From assembly GCA_051294905.1 (NCBI GenBank), contig CM119371.1, positions 31,622,001 to 31,686,000 of the forward strand: a stretch of DNA of 64,000 nt, in the 5' to 3' direction. Position 1 is the stretch's first letter. Every line of letters starts with the position of its first letter. Origin of the DNA: Botryllus schlosseri (lineage: Eukaryota). Under the pieces are notes generated by a model. That model was given only the letters and a program-made list of their open reading frames with translations. It ran no database searches and was not told the origin of the DNA. This document shows, one piece after another, positions 13,440 to 23,918 of this stretch. The translations under genes and the position numbers were made by a program.

Positions 13440-13900
13440 CGGTCGTGATTCGCCATTGGTTCTTATGGGTGCGGCGGTGAGGTGCCGCGAAAACTCGTGG
13501 TGGTGATGGCACCCTTTTACACCCCCTCTCGGTGGTGAGGTGCCATGTGTTCTTATGGATGCGGTGATGATGGCACCCTTTCGGGTATAGGCTGCGGTGG
13601 TGAGGTGCCGCGAAAACTCGTGGTGGTGATGGCACCCTTTTACAACCCCTCTCGGCGGTGAGGTACCTATGTGGTGATGATGGTACCCTTTCTGGTATAG
13701 GCTGCGGCGATGATGTGCCTACGGATTCTTGTGTCGTAGTGAACTAACGTTGTGGATATAGGCTGCGGTGATGATGTGCCCACGGATTCTTGTGTCGTAG
13801 TGAACTAACGTTGTGGATATAGGCTGCGGTGATGATGTGCCCACGGATTCTTGTGTCGTAGTGAACTAACGTTGTGGATATAGGCCGCGGTGATGATGTG
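13440..13900. repeat. GC-rich subterminal tandem repeats: ~123-bp unit x2 and 61-bp unit x~3.3; mirrored at ~26906-27366
   Basis: ggtgccgcgaaaactcgtggtggtgatggcaccctt at 13481 and 13604. tataggctgcggtgatgatgtgcccacggattcttgtgtcgtagtgaactaacgttgtgga repeats from ~13696. Confidence 0.95.
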
Positions 13901-15009
13901 GCTGTCGTGTATTATTACACGGTTTCTACTGATTCGCCATGTGTTCTTATGGGTGCGGTCGTGATGCGCACTTTCAACCATCTCTCGCGTGGTGTTGAAT
14001 AGTCACCAACAATATCCGCACAAACGGAAACGTGGCTTGCAAGAGGATTTACGCAGTGCGTGCGACCTATATTTCGAATGACCTGCGTGCGGAATTGTTT
14101 CACGGCCAACCGCGTGCTACTATCGGTTATTACACTAGGCCAGTCAGTGCGAAATAGTTTGCTAAATCTAGGAATCACTTCCAAGGTAATATTTTGGTAA
14201 TTAGTTTACTGCAGAGCCGGCGTAGACGGCGAGTCGAATATCGACAATAACCGCGTTCGCATACTAACACTCTAAAAAGGTGTGAAATATTTGTAAAAAT
14301 CCTACGACCACTCACAAGATAACACATCAGAATAGTCATCTCTCGTGGTTTGGTGTTGCAAAGGTAGGAATTACGCATAAGTAATATTTTGGACGACGAT
14401 GATATATCGTTATTCTTATGGACGCGACGACATGATAACGTTACAGGTATAGGCTGTGGTGGTGATTCGCCATGTGTTCTTATGGGTGCGCTCGCACGTC
14501 GTACTTTCAAGTATAGGTATCTCTCGCATGTCGTATTGGAAACTCGTGTTGGCTCGCTCACGCGGCGAAATTTTAGTAATCAGTTTGTCGCAGAACTTGA
14601 TTTCGCTGGTAAGATTTAATAAGTAACGAATAACAGACCGCCAGTGTCGGTAACTTGAATAGCGACAAATTGTCACTTATTTCCGCTCTAACCCTAATCC
14701 TTTGTGAAGTGAACGCTTATTCAAAAGGTTGTGATATAATTTTAAAATCCAACGACCACTCACCGGATAATGCTGCAGACATAACAATCCCTCATGCCCG
14801 CTCACAAGGTAATATTTCGGTAATTAGTTTGTCACAGAACCGTCGCAGACGGTGATTCAAAACCAACAATTTGTCACTTGCCCGCGATCGCTATATGTTT
14901 CACGCCTCTCGAATAGTGGCTGACTTTAGTTGCGTGATAAGATCCATGAAAATATTCAATCAATGTGTTAGTTTGTCAACTTGAAGTGTAACTCACTACA
15001 CAAATCAAG

Positions 15010-16070
15010 TTGAATCGTATTTGAATGTATTGATTCGACCCAACTCAAATCCTTTGACAAATCCTATTAACGCGATCTGTTGAATCGAACGTAACCTGAA
15101 TATTACTGACGCCAACATTCACCCGCATCGGATCATTCACACATTCCACGCCGCTGTTTTAACACTTATAGAATCAATACCAACTATCTCTAACCCGATA
15201 ATATTCAATCATTTTGGTAATTTGCCAACTTTAAATCCATTCGCGGGATGTACTAAAGGTAAATCCAAATAATCCAGAATGAAATATTTGGACTTTGACA
15301 TTGCGTGAATTGAAATAGGTCTGACAAACATGACTATCAACTTTGATCCAACCACATTTCAAACTCAAACGAATTATTCACAACATTAACAATTGTTAAA
15401 ACTCTAGTTTCACTTACTTGATTATATCATTACAACTCACAAATTTGAATTAATTCATCCTGGTTGTATTCATATGCTCTATCTTTTTATTCAATTGTAA
15501 AGGTTGTTACTATTCTGAAGACAAAGTATTTACTAATCGGTGCATATACGATTTGACTTGGACATATTATATTTTGAGTATACGAGATTTGAATGTCTGA
15601 ACAATAACTGAGAATTATTTTTAACACAAATAAATCCGTATATTACAGCGTAAAAGATATTGGGGTGTCAGCAACTCTGTACGGTCGTAGTTACAACCAC
15701 ATTAACTAATCTGCCCAGGCAACTCGTCATGATCATTCCTGAAATCAACACAAACACGACCACTGACTTGAGTTAACCGCGAAACACCATCAAGTTTTAA
15801 ATCCGCTTGCAGCTGACGGATTATTCGAATGCATCGATGGGGAATATTATTGAACTCGTCGGTATTGTTACTTCAACAAATTACACCGACTGCGAAAGTT
15901 AATATCGAATGGTAAGACTTGATCACATATTTGTTGATCACAGACATGACGAAAAAAAACATTACCGAGATTTTATAAACTAGTCATATTACTCTACACA
16001 TCTATCAATATCAAAATGCGAGTCATCCAATTTTTCTACTAAAGTAACATTGCACTTTCGGATTCGAATT
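15010..16070 (+). pseudogene. Possible decayed Polinton minor capsid (penton) gene; mirrored at ~24736-25796
   Basis: Ends with ITLHIYQ..HPIF / TKVTLHFRIR (VTLHFR at 16044-16061), preceded by LTDYSNASMGNIIELVGIV. This resembles the penton C-terminus as I recall it. Many stops and frameshifts; by eye only. Confidence 0.3.
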
Positions 16071-16887
16071 CGGTATAGTCATACAAATTGTATTAAATCC
16101 AACATCAAAACAAAAGGAATTTTTTTTTTAGTTTATTGAAATCAAATCATTCGTCTTCGACTTGTGCTTTTCTAGATTACCCGCGACAATTCGTTTCGAG
16201 TGAGTTGTAACCAAAGTCAAGATATCTTTGTGTCCACAGATATGGAAGATGAATATAGCTAACACAATCACGAATCGACGTTTCAGAGTATTTCACGGGT
16301 GCATTAAACTTGTTAGTGTCACCTATCTAAAAGTACGCACGCGTTCGATTTCCATACCGACTGTTGCGATGTTTAGGATTCACTTACAATAACCACGGGT
16401 GAGGATTTAACATCAATGTCGTTACTGTCGGAATTTGCGACAGAGAATTGAAACATATGCACTTTACAGAGTGTGAAAATATCACTTTGAGTATCGAGTA
16501 CCGTTCGAAGCTAGCGATCAATTCTTAATCATTTCAGTAACTCACCATTGTGCGTGCTAAATGTAAAATATCGCGAGGTTATACACTCTAAGACTTTGAT
16601 TATTGTAAAAGTAAATTGTGATATGTTTGTTAGATGCATCCAATTCAACTAGAAGTGTCTAGTATCCAACACTCGTAATATCAAAAAAGTACTTGCTACA
16701 CTGTTATTTGCTAAACGTGTTTTGCATTGTTGTTCATTTCTAGTATTGATTGAAATTGTTTTTGAACCCTCAAATAATAATTCCCGACATGAAATTAAGC
16801 CGCCGAAAGTCGTTACCATCACAAAGAAACAATTTGCACGATGTTTACTAAATGTATCCTATAGTTAGGTGTACTGGAATTATTTGT

Positions 16888-16890
<3 letters not shown>

Positions 16891-16938
<48 letters not shown>
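16891..16938. repeat. (AC)24 microsatellite; the mirror copy is (GT)25 at 23866-23915
   Basis: Directly visible. Confidence 0.95.
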
Positions 16939-16940
<2 letters not shown>

Positions 16941-18599
16941 TCAGAGAAATTGGAAATTTTTCCGTTGTCATTCGCTAAAGTAAATGTCATCACAATACTC
17001 TGTCACTAAAAGACGTTACTTGGACGTGCTTGAATTCTAGACATAGTTCTGATTTACCCAACACAAGACCCAAGGACAACCCTAGTTTCAGCCGAACACA
17101 GATATCCAAAATATCACACACTTCGCTATTCCTAAAGCACAAACGCACGATACAAAATAATACTTGTTGTGTTGTTGCAGCATCATCACTCAACAATATC
17201 ACCCTCAATACAAATGATGTTTATGTGTAACATGCTATTGATTTGAACCACACCCACCTCACGGAAGAGGATTTACTCAATCTTTACAAAATGGATATTG
17301 ACCAACATCACATCACCGGATTGTATCTGTTTCGCTGGATACGAGTTATGTTAGTTTAACAGTAAACAAATTTCACCCTCTTGGATTATGAACTCAATGC
17401 GTTACAAGTCATTCAATATTTTGTTTGTGTCAACTAGTTACTTGGTATGTTACTCCACAACTCTTACAAAAGTACGAAGGATATTAACATCGCACTAAGT
17501 AATTAACTTTACTCGATATTCTCGCATTACGAAACTAAAGAATGGTTGGTTAGACTCTACAAACTGTTTCGATATCACAAGACCTTTATTGTCTGAATGG
17601 GTGTTCATGTGTCTTAAGAACCAAATAGTTCAACACAGCACTAGTACCAACAGAAACATCAGAGTTGTTTACACAAAAGTTTGTATGCGTGCAGTATGCG
17701 AATACCATGTGTAAGTCCAGCACAATTGTGGTATCCATCCGGGTTTAGTTAACACAATTTACGACACCGAGGTCACCTCATCTTTCGTAAGCCAACAAAC
17801 CAACCAAGGTTTCAGGATATGTCCGTGTCATAGCAATAAATCAGCTACTCCAACAACAGAGTACATATGTTTTCTAGTTACGGCGCTTACATCTTACACA
17901 CAAATCAATCTACTTTGCTAACAAAAAGTGCTGGGTCATCAAGTGATTACCCTAACAACAAAACAGCTAAATGTACTATCATACAAAATGGCCGTTATAG
18001 TCACCAACGGTACATGGTACAAGTAACAAGTCTCGAGAATCCAGTTATTGAAAAAACATGAAAGTGTTTCTCCTGCGCCAAGTCGTTATGTTGACTAAAG
18101 CGTATATTGTAATATCATGATCGATTTGCATTCGTTGGTCACAAAATGTCACTACTCTAAATAATTATTTTTCACTCAAACACAAACGCATACTTGTCGT
18201 CAATCGTTTTCATCAAGCACGAGTTCAAGAAACCTGCTACGACATGAATTGTTATTTTTTTTATGTTGTGTAAATAGGTAATAATTAATTTTAGTAACAC
18301 TATATCAACATCATCTAGTTGCGCGAATAGATTTACACGTGGTCTTGTGGTTTTAATCGAAGTATACAGCACGGTCTAATGTAGAGTCATCTCTACTGTA
18401 CAGCAACTCGGTAATCGAAATGCATTAAAATTTAAACAACGATCTTGTTTCGTCGCACCAAAAATATGTTTACTATCGCGATACTCTGCACAGGCCGTGT
18501 AAATCCTTTTCACACTCGTAATAGTATACCAACAGCTACCGGCGACAACGTTTAACAATACCAACGACACTAAAAAACGATACCTATACCCAAGTAAAA

Positions 18600-19380
18600 T
18601 TACCATTTTCACCTGGAGGTCGGTCGTTACCCGAGTAGAAATACCATTGTCCTTTGGAGATTTATCGTTTACCCAGTGTAACAATCCCCTTTTCACTTGG
18701 AAATATATTTTTGACCTGGATAACAAACCCCTTTTCACTTGGAAATCTATTTTTGCCCTGGATAACAAACCTTTTTCACTTGGAAATATATTTTTTCTCT
18801 TGGTAACAAACCTTTTTCACTTGGAAATATATTTTTTCTCTGAGTAACAAACCTTTTTCACTTGGAAATCTATTTTTGCCCTGGATAACAAACCTTTTTC
18901 ACTTGGAAATATATTTTTTCTCTTGGTAACAAACCTTTTTCACTTGGAAATATATTTTTTCTCTGAGTAACAAACCTTTTTCACTTGGAAATCTATTTTT
19001 TCTCTGGGTAACAAACCTTTTTCACTTGGAAATATATTTTTTCTCTGGTTAACAAACCTTTTTCACTTGGAAATATATTTTTTCTCTGGTTAACAAACCT
19101 TTTTCACTTGGAAATATATTTTTTCTCTGGGTAACAAACCTTTTTCACTTGGAAATATATTTTTTCCCCGGGTAACAAACCTTTTTCCCTGAGCAACAAA
19201 CCATTTTCACTTGGTGGTCCGTCGTTTACCCGAGTAAAAATATCATTTTCCTTTAGAGATCCGGCGTTTACCCAGTGTAACAATACATTTTCACTTGGAA
19301 ATCTGTCATTTACCTGAGTACCAATACCGTTTCACTTGGAAATCTATCATTTTCCTGGGTAACAATACCATTTTCGTTTT
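18600..19380. repeat. 41-42-bp minisatellite, about 12 well-conserved units plus diverged flanking units
   Basis: Unit approx aacaaacctttttcacttggaaatatattttttctctgggt. Confidence 0.95.
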
Positions 19381-19569
19381 GAAAACTAACCACCACACCG
19401 GGTCAATTTGATATTTTTGGATATTGTTACAACGGACAGTGACAACATATACACCAACAGCGACTCCGATACATTTGTGTAATCGCATTTTCACTTGTTC
19501 TGGTGCATCCCATCAAAATCGACGGTTAGCCACACACACACACACACACACACAATAACAACGCGCTAT

Positions 19570-20570
19570 TTCGATATGACTGCAATGTCCGGGTTCATGC
19601 TTTAGATTTTCCAGAATCAATCCGTCTAAAGTTGTAATCCCCCCGACTTTGTTAACTGGTTGATACACGGATAACAATCTTCGGAAAATGTAGGAACGCA
19701 TGCTACCCATCGTGCGCACGATTCCAGGTTACTTGTGATTAATTTCCTTGCTCACACTATACAGATTATACGTACAGGGATATGTAGCGGTAATCGGTTT
19801 GGTCAATACATATCGCCCCATCCAGTATGGAATTACAAACCCAATACAGGCCAGTTCATAACCGGATCCGGATATTCAATGCAAAGCGATAAAGCAGAAC
19901 CAATGACCAAATGTAATTAAACATATAGATTCACAACCCTTGATTTTTTTTTCGTGAAAAATGACAATACATATCGAATATACTTTACGATTGTTCAACC
20001 CTACCAAGTATTCACGTAAATGTGGTTTATGACATTACATACAATGTGTCGGTGTACAAATGTTGGGTGTTTATGCACACATCGGTATGACCCATAGACA
20101 ACATCATCATACCCTCCAGGACTTCAGTCAACTACCATTGGTCTCTCGATACAGCGAACGATACAGTATGCAACACATATCATTAGAGTGATATATCCAC
20201 AGGTAAATATGGGGACTGGTCACAATAATTGTACGACGCCGACAAATCGATGCACGCAAGGTGTGGTTGATAATAATTGTTTCATGCATCAAAGAGACAG
20301 CACCCTCTTGTAAAGGTTAACAGATCCCGCAGAAACACGCCATTTTGGATTACATTACCAAATCGATTTCAAACTTAAACCGAATCACTGGTGTTGAGAG
20401 TAGCGATACCCGATTTTTCGAATATTCATATAGACTTAGTGCGCGATCAGTAACGACACTTATAAACATTGTGAATATTAGTAATTCGAGTCGTGTCTAT
20501 CTTGTGATGTTTCAAGTTGCTAAAACCATCGAGTGAATCAGTGAACGGATAGTAATCTCGGTTAAATCTC
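19570..20570 (+). pseudogene. Probable decayed Polinton double-jelly-roll major capsid gene, running from the left arm through the spacer
   Basis: Ordered fragments across frameshifts: FDMTAMSGFML(D)FSR..KVVIP; INFLAHTIQII..ISPHPVWNYK..GYS..DK; TLDFFFVKND; GVQMLGVYAH; IDNIIIPSRTSVNYHW; TRFFEYSYRLS..NISNSSRVYLVMFQ. They parallel the motif order I recall for Polinton MCP. No search run. Confidence 0.4.
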
Positions 20571-20573
20571 GAC
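20233..20573. other. Unique 341-bp spacer (loop) of the palindrome
   Basis: Arm complementarity stops at ...cacaataattgt (20232) and acaattattgtg... (20574). Confidence 0.95.
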
Positions 20574-23500
20574 ACAATTATTGTGGCCAGTCCCCATATT
20601 TACCTGTGGATATATCACTCTAATGATATGTGTTGCATACTGTATCGTTCGCTGTATCGAGAGACCAATGGTAGTTGACTGAAGTCCTGGAGGGTATGAT
20701 GATGTTGTCTATGGGTCATACCGATGTGTGCATAAACACCCAACATTTGTACACCGACACATTGTATGTAATGTCATAAACCACATTTACGTGAATACTT
20801 GGTAGGGTTGAACAATCGTAAAGTATATTCGATATGTATTGTCATTTTTCACGAAAAAAAAATCAAGGGTTGTGAATCTATATGTTTAATTACATTTGGT
20901 CATTGGTTCTGCTTTATCGCTTTGCATTGAATATCCGGATCCGGTTATGAACTGGCCTGTATTGGGTTTGTAATTCCATACTGGATGGGGCGATATGTAT
21001 TGACCAAACCGATTACCGCTACATATCCCTGTACGTATAATCTGTATAGTGTGAGCAAGGAAATTAATCACAAGTAACCTGGAATCGTGCGCACGATGGG
21101 TAGCATGCGTTCCTACATTTTCCGAAGATTGTTATCCGTGTATCAACCAGTTAACAAAGTCGGGGGGATTACAACTTTAGACGGATTGATTCTGGAAAAT
21201 CTAAAGCATGAACCCGGACATTGCAGTCATATCGAAATAGCGCGTTGTTATTGTGTGTGTGTGTGTGTGTGTGGCTAACCGTCGATTTTGATGGGATGCA
21301 CCAGAACAAGTGAAAATGCGATTACACAAATGTATCGGAGTCGCTGTTGGTGTATATGTTGTCACTGTCCGTTGTAACAATATCCAAAAATATCAAATTG
21401 ACCCGGTGTGGTGGTTAGTTTTCAAAACGAAAATGGTATTGTTACCCAGGAAAATGATAGATTTCCAAGTGAAACGGTATTGGTACTCAGGTAAATGACA
21501 GATTTCCAAGTGAAAATGTATTGTTACACTGGGTAAACGCCGGATCTCGGAAGGAAAATGATATTTTTACTCGGGTAAACGACGGACCACCAAGTGAAAA
21601 TGGTTTGTTGCTCAGGGAAAAAGGTTTGTTACCCGGGGAAAAAATATATTTCCAAGTGAAAAAGGTTTGTTACCCAGAGAAAAAATATATTTCCAAGTGA
21701 AAAAGGTTTGTTAACCAGAGAAAAAATATATTTCCAAGTGAAAAAGGTTTGTTAACCAGAGAAAAAATATATTTCCAAGTGAAAAAGGTTTGTTACCCAG
21801 AGAAAAAATAGATTTCCAAGTGAAAAAGGTTTGTTACTCAGAGAAAAAATATATTTCCAAGTGAAAAAGGTTTGTTACCAAGAGAAAAAATATATTTCCA
21901 AGTGAAAAAGGTTTGTTATCCAGGGCAAAAATAGATTTCCAAGTGAAAAAGGTTTGTTACTCAGAGAAAAAATATATTTCCAAGTGAAAAAGGTTTGTTA
22001 CCAAGAGAAAAAATATATTTCCAAGTGAAAAAGGTTTGTTATCCAGGGCAAAAATAGATTTCCAAGTGAAAAGGGGTTTGTTATCCAGGTCAAAAATATA
22101 TTTCCAAGTGAAAAGGGGATTGTTACACTGGGTAAACGATAAATCTCCAAAGGACAATGGTATTTCTACTCGGGTAACGACCGACCTCCAGGTGAAAATG
22201 GTAATTTTACTTGGGTATAGGTATCGTTTTTTAGTGTCGTTGGTATTGTTAAACGTTGTCGCCGGTAGCTGTTGGTATACTATTACGAGTGTGAAAAGGA
22301 TTTACACGGCCTGTGCAGAGTATCGCGATAGTAAACATATTTTTGGTGCGACGAAACAAGATCGTTGTTTAAATTTTAATGCATTTCGATTACCGAGTTG
22401 CTGTACAGTAGAGATGACTCTACATTAGACCGTGCTGTATACTTCGATTAAAACCACAAGACCACGTGTAAATCTATTCGCGCAACTAGATGATGTTGAT
22501 ATAGTGTTACTAAAATTAATTATTACCTATTTACACAACATAAAAAAAATAACAATTCATGTCGTAGCAGGTTTCTTGAACTCGTGCTTGATGAAAACGA
22601 TTGACGACAAGTATGCGTTTGTGTTTGAGTGAAAAATAATTATTTAGAGTAGTGACATTTTGTGACCAACGAATGCAAATCGATCATGATATTACAATAT
22701 ACGCTTTAGTCAACATAACGACTTGGCGCAGGAGAAACACTTTCATGTTTTTTCAATAACTGGATTCTCGAGACTTGTTACTTGTACCATGTACCGTTGG
22801 TGACTATAACGGCCATTTTGTATGATAGTACATTTAGCTGTTTTGTTGTTAGGGTAATCACTTGATGACCCAGCACTTTTTGTTAGCAAAGTAGATTGAT
22901 TTGTGTGTAAGATGTAAGCGCCGTAACTAGAAAACATATGTACTCTGTTGTTGGAGTAGCTGATTTATTGCTATGACACGGACATATCCTGAAACCTTGG
23001 TTGGTTTGTTGGCTTACGAAAGATGAGGTGACCTCGGTGTCGTAAATTGTGTTAACTAAACCCGGATGGATACCACAATTGTGCTGGACTTACACATGGT
23101 ATTCGCATACTGCACGCATACAAACTTTTGTGTAAACAACTCTGATGTTTCTGTTGGTACTAGTGCTGTGTTGAACTATTTGGTTCTTAAGACACATGAA
23201 CACCCATTCAGACAATAAAGGTCTTGTGATATCGAAACAGTTTGTAGAGTCTAACCAACCATTCTTTAGTTTCGTAATGCGAGAATATCGAGTAAAGTTA
23301 ATTACTTAGTGCGATGTTAATATCCTTCGTACTTTTGTAAGAGTTGTGGAGTAACATACCAAGTAACTAGTTGACACAAACAAAATATTGAATGACTGCT
23401 AACGCATTGAGTTCATAATCCAAGAGGGTGAAATTTGTTTACTGTTAAACTAACATAACTCGTATCCAGCGAAACAGATACAATCCGGTGATGTGATGTT

Positions 23501-23863
23501 GGTCAATATCCATTTTGTAAAGATTGAGTAAATCCTCTTCCGTGAGGTGGGTGTGGTTCAAATCAATAGCATGTTACACATAAACATCATTTGTATTGAG
23601 GGTGATATTGTTGAGTGATGATGCTGCAACAACACAACAAGTATTATTTTGTATCGTGCGTTTGTGCTTTAGGAATAGCGAAGTGTGTGATATTTTGGAT
23701 ATCTGTGTTCGGCTGAAACTAGGGTTGTCCTTGGGTCTTGTGTTGGGTAAATCAGAACTATGTCTAGAATTCAAGCACGTCCAAGTAACGTCTTTTAGTG
23801 ACAGAGTATTGTGATGACATTTACTTTAGCGAATGACAACGGAAAAATTTCCAATTTCTCTGA

Positions 23864-23918
<55 letters not shown>

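Larger units (their letters stand above)
13425..20232 (+). repeat. Left arm of the giant inverted repeat (6,808 bp)
   Basis: Reverse complement of 20574-27381, apart from a few substitutions and two microsatellite length differences. Confidence 0.98.

Noticed and set aside
13696..13900. 61-bp repeat as a CRISPR or RNA gene array
   Set aside because: It is a plain head-to-tail repeat without spacers or a recognizable RNA gene.
14686..14700. Telomere-like ctaaccctaa
   Set aside because: Less than two units; expected by chance.
18600..19380. CRISPR-like appearance of the 41-bp array and its mirror
   Set aside because: Units are contiguous near-copies with no unique spacers. The context is eukaryotic and no cas-like ORF is present.
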